A stretch of 64,000 nucleotides of DNA from Candidatus Micrarchaeota archaeon (GCA_016212395.1 JACRGF010000048.1:10759-74758); one strand, 5' to 3'. Shown: positions 9,400 through 18,294, counted from the stretch's first letter. A program made the numbers and translations. Notes: a model not told the origin generated them from the sequence alone.

Positions 9400-9909
9400 A
9401 TGGCTATATTTGAGGGTGGAAACGCAGTAGCAACAACACGAGGAGCTGCAGCTGTTGCGAGAGAACCTATTGTTAGCAGGCGAGTGCTTGAACCAATGGC
9501 AGAAAAAGTTGGAGCAGGCGACGCAACAGGGAGGCAGTTGAACTGCGCGCGTGTTCCGTACAGGTTAGCGCGCGACGCAACGAAAGCTGCAGTTGAAGAA
9601 GTTGAGAGGCGCATTGAAAAAAATAGGGTTGAAAGCAGAATAGCACGTAAAGAAGATAGTGTAGTAGCGTATGAAACTGAATCTGCCCTGGAGTTGCGCG
9701 ACGCGGTTTTAAAGTGTCATGAAAAGATTGAGGAACGGCTTCAAGCAGAGCTTGCTGTGAGGAAAAAAGCCGCAGCGCTGGTTGAGAAGGCGTTGCGCGC
9801 TTTCGACAGAGGCAGGAAGAACGTTGCTGATAATCTTTTGGAAAGAACCAACCGTATTCTGAACACGCTGGATGGAATGGATGAGGGAAGACAGGCAAAA
9901 GCACAGTAG
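9400..9909 (+). CDS. hypothetical coiled-coil protein
   Basis: ORF with a charged helical C-terminal half; no family recognised. Confidence 0.35.
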   Translation: MAIFEGGNAVATTRGAAAVAREPIVSRRVLEPMAEKVGAGDATGRQLNCARVPYRLARDATKAAVEEVERRIEKNRVESRIARKEDSVVAYETESALELRDAVLKCHEKIEERLQAELAVRKKAAALVEKALRAFDRGRKNVADNLLERTNRILNTLDGMDEGRQAKAQ

Positions 9910-10102
9910 GAAAACTGCGAATGCGGAAAAAGCGAGTAACGAACAGCGCGAGTTTTGGAAGGCACTAGCGCGAACAAAGGAATCAAATTTTTCGAAGAGC
10001 CTCCCTCGCTGATGCTCATTCGAAAAATACTCGTGAAGCTTCCGACTTCACGAAAGATTAATAAACGCGGGCGAGCAACTATTTCTTTTAGAGGCGATCT
10101 GA

Positions 10103-10279
10103 ATGGGCGTGTGTCCTATCTTTGAGAAGGAGATAGTTGAAGGGTGCAACTACGAGTTGGACGGCTTGGCGTTCGCGAGCATAAGCGAATTGCTTGCGCA
10201 CGTGAACAAAAGCAAGAAGAAAAAAATAACGCACGAGAAAATGAAAGGAATATGCTTGAAGTGCAGGGAAAGAAAGTAA
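10103..10279 (+). CDS. possible small Cys-containing protein (58 aa)
   Basis: Hand-translated MGVCPIFEKEIVEGCNYELDGLAFASISELLAHVNKSKKKKITHEKMKGICLKCRERK; below the ORF-track cutoff; weak. Confidence 0.2.
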   Translation: MGVCPIFEKEIVEGCNYELDGLAFASISELLAHVNKSKKKKITHEKMKGICLKCRERK

Positions 10280-10353
10280 ACGCGCAGGATTGCTTTTTTC
10301 CGAGAAGCATTAGTATTTGCGCGGGCAAAATTTTGAGTTGAATGCGTTCGAGC

Positions 10354-11322
10354 TTATTTTTTTCCGAGAAGCATTATTTGCGCGAGGAGTGCTTCTAGTT
10401 GTATTCTTTCGTTTGCTCCTTCCACCATGCGGAAGTTGTATTCGCCTATCTTGTCAACGAGTTTTACTTTCGCGTCGTCTGGAATTCCGAGCGTTGTTGC
10501 TTCACGATACACTTGAAGCAAAACGTCTTCGCCGCTCATTCCGTAGTTGAGCATGAGCTTGTCGAGCTTGTCGCGCGCTTCAACAAACTTTCCCGCAAGC
10601 GCGCTCTCGAGCATTTCAGCTATTTCTTTCGGACGCGCGCGCGAGCAGACTTTGTAGACTGTTTCTTCAGTGATTTTTTTCGTGAGGAACGCCGCGCCTT
10701 GAAGCGCGTTGATTGACTTGCGCATGTCGCCTTCACTGACGTAAATCAACGCCTTGATAGCGTCGTCGCTCAAACTAATGCCTTCTTTTTCCGCAACGTG
10801 CTTGAGCATTTGCGCGACTTCTTCTTCAGAGAGCGGCTTGAAGCGGAAGACTGCGCACCTGCTCTGGAGAGGCTCGATTATTTTGGAGGAATAGTTTGCA
10901 GAGAAAATGAAGCGCGTGGCAGTAGAGTACATTTCCATAGTTCTGCGCAGCGCCTGTTGTGCGTCTGAAGTGAGCGCGTCGCTCTCGTCGAGGAAAATTA
11001 TTTTGAATGGTGATGTCGAGAGCGAGAGAGTGCGCGCAAAGTCCTTTATTTTCCCGCGCACAACGTCAATTCCGCGCTCGTCGCTGGCGTTTAGTTCGAG
11101 GAAGCTGTCTTTGTAATTGCCTGCGCCGTACAAGTCGCGAGCGAGCGAGAGTGCGGAAGTGGTTTTTCCAATTCCAGCTGGCCCGGCGAACAATAGGTGA
11201 GGCATGCTTTTCGCTGCTACGAATGCTTTCAATCGCTCGACTATTTCTTTCTGGCCTACTACTTCGCTTAAAGTTTTCGGCCTGTACTTTTCAACCCAAG
11301 GAAGTTCAACGTCCATAATCAT
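10354..11322 (-). CDS. rfcS: replication factor C small subunit
   Basis: PWVEKYRPKTLSEVVGQ, GPAGIGKTT, DESD, SRC motifs. Confidence 0.9.
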   Translation of the reverse strand: MIMDVELPWVEKYRPKTLSEVVGQKEIVERLKAFVAAKSMPHLLFAGPAGIGKTTSALSLARDLYGAGNYKDSFLELNASDERGIDVVRGKIKDFARTLSLSTSPFKIIFLDESDALTSDAQQALRRTMEMYSTATRFIFSANYSSKIIEPLQSRCAVFRFKPLSEEEVAQMLKHVAEKEGISLSDDAIKALIYVSEGDMRKSINALQGAAFLTKKITEETVYKVCSRARPKEIAEMLESALAGKFVEARDKLDKLMLNYGMSGEDVLLQVYREATTLGIPDDAKVKLVDKIGEYNFRMVEGANERIQLEALLAQIMLLGKK

Positions 11323-11345
11323 CCCCGCACGACAGTGAAAAAAGT

Positions 11346-11780
11346 ATGGGAGTTTCAAGTCTTTTAAAACTATGTTGCGTAATAGGTTGCTATTCTGTTT
11401 GGAGGAGTGTTTTCTTGTCTGGCTCGAGTGAAGGCTTTTCGCTGTTTGAATTCAACGTTGCTGCAGTGCTGCTCGTGTTAGTGTGGCTTGCAAACGTTGG
11501 AAGCGTGCACAGCACGCCTTACGCGATGGTGTTGTTCGCAGGCGCGGCGTTGCTGGGAGTTTTCCTCGTGCAGTTCGGGAAGAAAGAGTTTGGAGTGAGT
11601 GAAGTGAAAACGCTTTCAGCATTGTGCGTCGCAACAGTGTTTGGTTTCGGGCTGGGGGTTGTTTCTACAAAGTCGTGGGCAAGCGTGTTTGGTTCGCTTG
11701 AGTTTGTTTCGCTCGTGTTCCTCGTATTGCCGGCAGTCGCGAGGCTTGTGAGAGTAAAATTCGTGAAGGCAAAGGAATAG
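11346..11780 (+). CDS. hypothetical membrane protein (about 4 TM)
   Basis: Hydrophobic segments; no family recognised. Confidence 0.35.
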   Translation: MGVSSLLKLCCVIGCYSVWRSVFLSGSSEGFSLFEFNVAAVLLVLVWLANVGSVHSTPYAMVLFAGAALLGVFLVQFGKKEFGVSEVKTLSALCVATVFGFGLGVVSTKSWASVFGSLEFVSLVFLVLPAVARLVRVKFVKAKE

Positions 11781-11796
11781 TTTGGAAGTGTTTGCA

Positions 11797-14700
11797 ATGT
11801 ATGAGTTTAAGGAAGTTGAAGAGGGCGTGAAAAAGTTTTGGAAATCCAAAAAGATTTACGCTAAGGCAGTGGAGAAGAACGTTAAAGGCAAAAAGTTTTA
11901 CTTCTGCGACGGACCGCCTTACGTTACTGGAACTATTCACCCGGGAACTGCGTGGAACAAGTGCGTGAAGGACGCAGTGTGCAGGTTCAAGCGAGCGCGG
12001 GGATTTAAAGTGCGCGACCAGGCTGGTTTTGACACGCACGGGTTGCCTATTGAAGTGAAGGTAGAGCAAGAGCTGAAGCTGAAAAGCAAGAAGGAAATAG
12101 AGGAAAAAATAGGCGTGACTGAATTCATTGAAAAATGCAAGCACTTCGCAACCCAGTATATTGGAGTGATGAGCGAACAATTCAAGTCCTTAGGAGTGTG
12201 GATGGATTTTGAAAACCCTTACATTACTTACAAGGATGATTACATTGAAAGGTCTTGGGCGACGGTAAAGGCAGCGCACGAGAAAGAATTGTTGTCGAGA
12301 GGCGTGTACGTTCTGCCTCACTGCCCGAGGTGCGAGACTACAATGGCGAACTACGAGCTCGAGTACGACGACAAGGACGACCCGTCTATTTACGTGAAGT
12401 TTAAAGTGAAAGGAAAAGAAAACGAGTACCTGGTGGTTTGGACTACGACGCCTTGGACGCTTGCTGCAAACATGGCTGTAATGGCGCACCCTACTTTCGT
12501 TTACGTGAAAGTGAAAGTTGACGGAGAACAGTGGATTGTCGCGAAAGAACGCTTGGACGCATTAATGGCAGTAACGCACGAGTTGGGGTTAAGCCCGGTT
12601 GTTGTGGACGAGTGCACTGGAATGAAGTTGAAGGGCTTGGAGTACGAACAGCCTCTTGGTGAAAAAATTCCGTTCCACGAAGGCAAAAAACACGAGGTGG
12701 TATTGTCAGACCAGTTCGTGACGCTTGAAGAAGGCACGGGGTTAGTGCACTGCGCGCCTGGCCACGGGCCTCAAGACTTTATAGTCGGAAGGCAGTACGG
12801 CATTGAAGCATTCTGCCCTGTTGGAATAAACGGGAAGTACACTGAAGCAGCGGGAGAGTACGCTGGAATGTTCGTGAAGGATGCGGACAAGAGGATAATA
12901 AAGTACTTGCAGGAAAAAGGCGCGCTCATCCACTCTGGGACAATAAGGCACAGGTATGCGCACTGCTGGAGGTGCAAGACTCCGCTCGTGCACGTTGCGA
13001 CAGACCAGTGGTTCATTGCAGTGACGAAGCTCAAGGAAAAAATGAGGGAAGAAATAGACAAGAGCACGTGGCAGCCTGAATTCGCGCGAACGTGGTTTAA
13101 AGACTTCGTGTCAACAGCGCCGGACTGGTGCATAAGCAGGCAGAGGTACTGGGGCATTCCTCTTCCTATTTGGATTTGCGAAAACAAAGAGTGCGGGAAA
13201 ATAAAGGTGGTAGGCTCGAAGAAAGAACTCGGAAAGAAAATCAAGGAACTGCACAAGCCGTTCATTGATGAAGTGGAGTTCGAGTGCGAAAAATGCAAGT
13301 CGAAAATGAAGCGCACTCCGGACGTGCTCGACGTGTGGTTTGACTCGGGGAACGCAATTTGGGCGTCGCTTTCCGAAGAGGAAATGAAGGAATGGTACCC
13401 GTGCGACTTTATAGTTGAAGGCAAAGACCAGATTAGGGGATGGTTTTACTCGCTGCTCGGAAGCGGGGTAGTGTACAACAACGAAATCCCTTACAAGTCG
13501 CTGTTAATGCACGGGCATTTCGTCGACGAGAAAGGCGAGAAGATGAGCAAGAGCATGGGCAACTTCGTGCCTCTAGAGGAAATAATCGAAAAGCACGGCA
13601 TAGACGCGTTCAGGCTGTGGAGCTTGTCCGCAGTAACGTGGGAGGACGTCAAATTCCTGTGGGACGAAATACAGGAAGCGCAGAGAGTGCTGTCCATTTA
13701 CTGGAACTTGTGCGTGTTCCTCCAGCGCTTCAGCAAAGGCGAGCCTGAAAAAAAGAATATCGAATACGAGCTTGAAGACCAGTGGCTGCTGTCAAGGCTC
13801 AACTCGCTCGTGAAAAAATGCACTGAATCACTCGACGCCTACGCAGTCCACGAGGCAGCGCGCGTGTGCAGGGAATTCATAGTCGAAGACTTGTCAAGAT
13901 TTTACCTGAAGCTCGGCAAGAAAAGGTTGAACGAAGAGAAGAATGCAGAGGCAGTCCAGTCAGTGCTCTACCAAGCGATGCTCACGCTCGCGAAGCTGAC
14001 AACGCCGATAGTGCCGTTCATTTCCGAGGAAGTGTACCAATCGTTCTACAAAAAATTCGAGAAGGAAGAAAGCATTTCACTCGCGCACTGGCCTGAAGCA
14101 GAGCACATGAGAGCGGACCCGCTCCTCGAAAAAAACATGGCGATAGCCCAAAGCATTTCAAGCGCTGCTGCAAACGCGCGCAACAACGTGAACATCAAGC
14201 TCAGGTGGCCGCTTGAAGAAATAGTGGTAGTTACGAACTCGAGCGAAGTAGTAAGCGCAGTGGAACGCCTCGCGTACATTATAGAAGGCCTTGCAAACGT
14301 GAAAAGAACAACCATAAAACAATCAATGAAAGCAGAGCTCGAGATAAAGCCACTCCCAAGCAAAATAGGGCCGGTGTTCAAAAACAACGCCGGAAAAGTA
14401 AAGGAAGAGCTTGAAAAGCTCAACGCGCTTGAAGCGAAAAAAACAGTAGAGGAAAAAGGCGAAGTTGAAGTGAAAATAAACGGCGCGAGCATTGCAGTAA
14501 AAAAAGAGTTTTTCGAAATAAAAGAAAAGCCTGTTGAAGGCTACTCTGCGGCACAGTTCGAGCACGGGACTGTCTACGTGAAGACGGAAATTTCAAAAGA
14601 ACTCTACCGCGAAGCGCTCGCAAGGGAAGTCGCGAGAAGAATTCAAATAATGAGGAAGGAAATGCAGCTCGTCGAAAAAGACTCGGTGGAAGTGAACATT

Positions 14701-14877
14701 GTCGTAAAACAAGAATTCGCGAGCGAACTCGAGCCGAGCAAAGACGCGATCGCAAAAGAAGTAAAAGCAAAAGAACTGGCAATATCAACAAAGCAAGAAA
14801 TGAAATTAAAGAAAGGCTTGAAGAAAAAATGGGAAATCGAGGAAGAAGAAGTGACGATAATAGTCGAAAAAGCTTGA
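11797..14877 (+). CDS. ileS: isoleucyl-tRNA synthetase
   Basis: PPYVTGTIHPGTAWNK (HIGH-like), KMSKSMGN, CP1 editing region; ATG 11797. Confidence 0.95.
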   Translation: MYEFKEVEEGVKKFWKSKKIYAKAVEKNVKGKKFYFCDGPPYVTGTIHPGTAWNKCVKDAVCRFKRARGFKVRDQAGFDTHGLPIEVKVEQELKLKSKKEIEEKIGVTEFIEKCKHFATQYIGVMSEQFKSLGVWMDFENPYITYKDDYIERSWATVKAAHEKELLSRGVYVLPHCPRCETTMANYELEYDDKDDPSIYVKFKVKGKENEYLVVWTTTPWTLAANMAVMAHPTFVYVKVKVDGEQWIVAKERLDALMAVTHELGLSPVVVDECTGMKLKGLEYEQPLGEKIPFHEGKKHEVVLSDQFVTLEEGTGLVHCAPGHGPQDFIVGRQYGIEAFCPVGINGKYTEAAGEYAGMFVKDADKRIIKYLQEKGALIHSGTIRHRYAHCWRCKTPLVHVATDQWFIAVTKLKEKMREEIDKSTWQPEFARTWFKDFVSTAPDWCISRQRYWGIPLPIWICENKECGKIKVVGSKKELGKKIKELHKPFIDEVEFECEKCKSKMKRTPDVLDVWFDSGNAIWASLSEEEMKEWYPCDFIVEGKDQIRGWFYSLLGSGVVYNNEIPYKSLLMHGHFVDEKGEKMSKSMGNFVPLEEIIEKHGIDAFRLWSLSAVTWEDVKFLWDEIQEAQRVLSIYWNLCVFLQRFSKGEPEKKNIEYELEDQWLLSRLNSLVKKCTESLDAYAVHEAARVCREFIVEDLSRFYLKLGKKRLNEEKNAEAVQSVLYQAMLTLAKLTTPIVPFISEEVYQSFYKKFEKEESISLAHWPEAEHMRADPLLEKNMAIAQSISSAAANARNNVNIKLRWPLEEIVVVTNSSEVVSAVERLAYIIEGLANVKRTTIKQSMKAELEIKPLPSKIGPVFKNNAGKVKEELEKLNALEAKKTVEEKGEVEVKINGASIAVKKEFFEIKEKPVEGYSAAQFEHGTVYVKTEISKELYREALAREVARRIQIMRKEMQLVEKDSVEVNIVVKQEFASELEPSKDAIAKEVKAKELAISTKQEMKLKKGLKKKWEIEEEEVTIIVEKA

Positions 14878-14933
14878 AGCAGAAAAAAAGCAAAACAAGA
14901 CGAAACTGCTCGAAACAACTAATAGGGTATTTG

Positions 14934-16328
14934 ATGACGAAAAAAATTCTTGCAATTACAGCGTTACTGCTCGTTTTTTCTCTCACTGCAATGGCTGCAG
15001 AACAGTCGCCTAAAACGTACGCGAGCAGCGAATTGGGAATGCAAATAAACTGGATAGTGGGCATTAAGGGAAACACGCAGCAGTACAGCATTGACTTTGC
15101 AAGCTTCGTGCCGGCGAATTATTCAAAGCAGGAAATAATCCAGTCATCTGCAACAAGAAAATTTTCATTAAACAAGGACAACGAAATGGCTGAATTCAGC
15201 TTCAGGACAGACAAGAGCGAAACAATAGTTTACAGCGCGAACGTGAAAATAGACTTTACTGAAACTTTCTCGCAGCCACTCGCGTTCCCAGTAGAAACAA
15301 CTCCTGAAACAGAAGCATACTTGAAAGAATCCCCGCTCGTGCAAATCACTCCTGAGATAAAAACAGAAGCAACAAGGCTCGTGGGAAGCACGAGCGACGG
15401 GTTGGAAGCAAGCGCAAAACTCACTGAATGGGTTTACAACAACATTCAATACGACTTGGCGTACGGAAACGCGAACTATTCATCTGAATGGGTGTACGAA
15501 AACAGGAAGGGAACGTGCGACGAGTTCGCGCACCTGCTCATTGCAATGGCGCGATCGCAAGGAATTCCCGCGCGCTACGTTTCAGGCTACGTGCTCGGAG
15601 TGTCGCCAAGCCCGGAGTACGGGGAAGTTGGAACGATAAAATGGGTTCCGCACGGGTGGGCTGAATTATACTTCCCGGAACAAGGCTGGATCCAGGCAGA
15701 CCCCACGTACAACGAACTCCTCCAGCTCGACGCGAGCCACTTGAAAATGGCTGACGCGCTCGACCAAAGCACGATGCGCGAAAAAGTGGAAGGAAAAGGA
15801 GAACAGGGAGTGTCGCTCTCGCTTGAAAAAAAATACGAGATAAGAATGAAAAACTACAAGCAATTCCAGCCGCTCGCAGTAGAAATAGAATTCCCTGAAG
15901 AACAAGTGGAAAACGTGCAAAAAATTATGGTAACACTCCGCAACCCATCAAGCCAAATAGTAGTAGCGCCAGTAGAGATAGTGCTGCCAGGCGGGCTTCA
16001 AACAAAAAGCTTGAAAAACACGCTCGTGCACTTGAAGCCGAACGAAGAAAAACAAATAGCGCTCGACGCTGAAATAACGTTCGAAATGCAGAACAACACG
16101 AAATACACGTTCCCAATCCAAGTGCAAACGTTCGGCAAGCCGTTCGACGCCAGCTTTGAAAAAGTCAAGCTGTCAGAAGAACAAGCGACATTCAACATGA
16201 CGCAAATAAACGTGCAGAAAGTATCAGACTTGATAACAGAAATCCCATTAGATTTTAAAGTTTTAATCGCAATAGTACTAGTGGCAACACTCGCACTCGT
16301 AGTACTCGCAGTACTAAAAGCCAGATGA
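14934..16328 (+). CDS. transglutaminase-like cysteine protease domain protein, N- and C-terminally anchored
   Basis: GTCDEFAHLLIAMARSQGIPARYVSGY ... HGWAELYF ... ADPT (Cys-His-Asp); signal/TM at both ends. Confidence 0.75.
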   Translation: MTKKILAITALLLVFSLTAMAAEQSPKTYASSELGMQINWIVGIKGNTQQYSIDFASFVPANYSKQEIIQSSATRKFSLNKDNEMAEFSFRTDKSETIVYSANVKIDFTETFSQPLAFPVETTPETEAYLKESPLVQITPEIKTEATRLVGSTSDGLEASAKLTEWVYNNIQYDLAYGNANYSSEWVYENRKGTCDEFAHLLIAMARSQGIPARYVSGYVLGVSPSPEYGEVGTIKWVPHGWAELYFPEQGWIQADPTYNELLQLDASHLKMADALDQSTMREKVEGKGEQGVSLSLEKKYEIRMKNYKQFQPLAVEIEFPEEQVENVQKIMVTLRNPSSQIVVAPVEIVLPGGLQTKSLKNTLVHLKPNEEKQIALDAEITFEMQNNTKYTFPIQVQTFGKPFDASFEKVKLSEEQATFNMTQINVQKVSDLITEIPLDFKVLIAIVLVATLALVVLAVLKAR

Positions 16329-16362
16329 CATTCGACCGAAGACTCGCATTTCTCGTCATTCG

Positions 16363-16508
16363 GTCGACACAGTCGACTGCGGTCGACTTGTCGACATTTC
16401 GACTGCAGTCGAAATCGTCGAATACTCGAGCGACAAAACCGTCGGAGCGGTTTTGTGCTCCACAAGAGCGATGCATCGCTCTTGTCGGACAAGTCAGCGT
16501 AGACTTGT
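16363..16508 (+). repeat. cluster of six short perfect hairpins (GTCGAC type and ACAA...TTGT type)
   Basis: GTCGAC-ACA-GTCGAC; ATTTCGACTGCAGTCGAAAT; ACAAAACCG/CGGTTTTGT; ACAAGAGCGATGCATCGCTCTTGT; ACAAGTC/GACTTGT. Confidence 0.7.
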
Positions 16509-16524
16509 CGATGCTAAAATTAAT

Positions 16525-16640
16525 GCGGCTGTAGTCTAGCCTGGTAGGACTCGAGGTTGCCAATCTCGTAACCCGGGTTCAAACACCCGTCGCTGAAGCA
16601 ACGCGCTTTCAGCAACGTGCTGAAAATCCCGGCGGCCGCA
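16525..16640 (+). tRNA. tRNA-Gly(GCC) with ~43-nt intron in the T-loop (exons 16525-16583 and 16627-16640)
   Basis: Hand-folded cloverleaf: acceptor GCGGCUG/CGGCCGC, anticodon loop UUGCCAA, T-stem CCGGG/CCCGG split after UUCAAA; no encoded CCA. Confidence 0.85.
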
Positions 16641-16668
16641 TAACTTCGTGGTTTTCAGTCTTCTGTCT

Positions 16669-16728
16669 CCAACAAGTCAGACGCATCTGACTTGTGGACC
16701 ACAAGTTCGTAACGACGAACTTGTCGGT
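16669..16728 (+). repeat. two tandem CCA(A)CAA...TTGTGG hairpins
   Basis: CCAACAAGTCAGA-CGCA-TCTGACTTGTGG and ACCACAAGTTCGT-AACG-ACGAACTTGTCGGT. Confidence 0.7.
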
Positions 16729-16785
16729 TCAGTTTTGAAAGGCAAAAAAACGGAAAACGCAATACAGAAAACGGAAAACTGAAAA

Positions 16786-16869
16786 TCCCGGCGACCGCAA
16801 TTTTTTTAACGCGGTTGTAGTCTAGCCTGGTAGGACTTTGGCCTTCCAAGCCAATGACCCGGGTTCAAA
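16786..16869 (+). tRNA. tRNA-Gly(UCC), 3'-piece-first gene (circularly permuted or split): nt 60-73 at 16786-16799, 11-nt linker, nt 1-59 at 16811-16869
   Basis: The 5' piece folds to position 59 (anticodon loop CUUCCAA) and then diverges. The upstream UCCCGGCGACCGCA completes the T-stem and acceptor stem, including U5-A68. Confidence 0.75.
16801..16807 (+). terminator. T7 tract immediately after the 3' piece of tRNA-Gly(UCC)
   Basis: GCGACCGCA-A-TTTTTTT; oligo-T is the archaeal termination signal. Confidence 0.4.
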
Positions 16870-16998
16870 TGACCTTTTTTCTTTCTTTTTCTCTCTGAAA
16901 AAGAAAGAAAAAACCTCAACAACCAACAAAAGCGATGTGTCGCTTTTGCGGTCCACAAATTCGATTCGTCGAATTTGTTGGAAAAAAGAAAGAAAAAA
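16870..16998 (+). repeat. structured intron-like module flanking the 5' piece of tRNA-Gly(UCC)
   Basis: Y-run/R-run hairpin (16875-16913), then two ACAA hairpins, then a polypurine run. Same architecture as intron 18535-18676. Confidence 0.65.
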
Positions 16999-17008
16999 GC
17001 AAAAAAAT

Positions 17009-18208
17009 TTACAGCGTTAAGAAAAAGCCTGTTGCGAACACGTCGCCTAGTCCTACTGTCTGCCGGGGGTTGCCGAGAGTAAAGCTTGGAGTGAATGCTT
17101 TCATGCAATCGAGCTTCTGCTTGTCGAAATCTTGTTCTTTTTCAGCAGAACGCTCGCACGGCTCGCCTGGGGAAAAAGTCCTCAAGTCGCTGAATGAAGC
17201 GAAGCGCGCGTTCGCTGCCTTGAAGCACGCGAGAAGCGAAGCGAAAAACAACGCGTTCTTCAAATCCACTTCGCGCTTGTCTTTGCTCAACGCGAAAGAA
17301 TAATCACTCGAGTGAACTACGATAGTACGCACTTTGTTCAACAGCAGGCGCGCGTCCGAAAACTCGTTGCGAGGCATTCCGTCCAATGCTTTCAAGCACT
17401 GCTTCAACTCCAGTTCGTTCAAGCCCAAGCAATCGCACAACGGCGCGAAAACTTCAAGCACTCTCTTCAAAACACTCAAGTCCTGGAAATCGCCGAGCTC
17501 CAAGTGAACGCGCAAACGAGAGTTTGCCTTCTTCCACCCGGAAACTATTTTCGCCACTTCGTCAACGCGCTTGAAAAACTTCGGGGACAGCAAATGAAAA
17601 CCGCCAATAATCGCCTTGTCTATTTCCCCAATGCAAGCTGAAGCGTGCTTCAAGAAAACATCGTCAACACGCAGCTCAAACGCGCCGGAATCGAAAGAAG
17701 CAATAAAACGATTGGAAACAGGGACAGTCTTTCCTCGGACTAACGCGCCTTTTGAATACTCTAAAATAAAGTGAGTAGCACTCTCGCCCAAGGGAGCCAG
17801 CCTGCGCGCAGACGCAAACCCGTTCTCTCCTGCAAGCAAAAGCTTGTCGTCCAACACGCTCAACTGAGTCTTGCCCTTGTCCGCAACATGCAGGAAACTC
17901 TCAACGCCAAGCCTGCAAGCAGCACTCGCGGAAATGCCAGCCTGCCCGCCAACCTGCAGAGAATCAAAGCCAACGCGAGAACGAAGAAAATCAAGGGAAG
18001 ACTCTGAAACTGCAACCTCGCGCTCAACACCCTTCACCATGCACTCCTCCAAGCAAGACAACTCGCCGGGCAAACCGCGAAAATCAATGCCTCGAGCATC
18101 AATCGTCCTCACAGCATCAACATTAGTGTTAAAAGCAAACAACGCCCTCCTCGCAACACGCGCGCTCGCCCAATCAACCAAATCAACCAAACGACAACAC
18201 CCCTGCAA
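17009..18208 (-). CDS. ADP-dependent sugar kinase family protein (glucokinase/phosphofructokinase-like)
   Basis: FAFNTNVDAV, GGQAGISA and C-terminal TVGLGDVFATGF motifs. Start is uncertain: no in-frame ATG upstream of the conserved N-terminal motif FAFNTNVDAV, TTG about 18208. The upstream part of the 444-aa ORF is probably not coding. Confidence 0.65.
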   Translation of the reverse strand: MQGCCRLVDLVDWASARVARRALFAFNTNVDAVRTIDARGIDFRGLPGELSCLEECMVKGVEREVAVSESSLDFLRSRVGFDSLQVGGQAGISASAACRLGVESFLHVADKGKTQLSVLDDKLLLAGENGFASARRLAPLGESATHFILEYSKGALVRGKTVPVSNRFIASFDSGAFELRVDDVFLKHASACIGEIDKAIIGGFHLLSPKFFKRVDEVAKIVSGWKKANSRLRVHLELGDFQDLSVLKRVLEVFAPLCDCLGLNELELKQCLKALDGMPRNEFSDARLLLNKVRTIVVHSSDYSFALSKDKREVDLKNALFFASLLACFKAANARFASFSDLRTFSPGEPCERSAEKEQDFDKQKLDCMKAFTPSFTLGNPRQTVGLGDVFATGFFLTL

Positions 18209-18294
18209 AACAACAACAGAAACAAAACAATTCAAAACCAAAAAATAAAAACCCCTTAAACAAGACCACCACGAACAAAACCGCAGAAACAAAA

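Noticed and set aside
10116-10328. 70-aa - strand ORF downstream of RFC
   Set aside because: Its first residues derive from a duplicated fragment of the RFC 3' end and the rest is low-complexity. It is probably a non-coding remnant.
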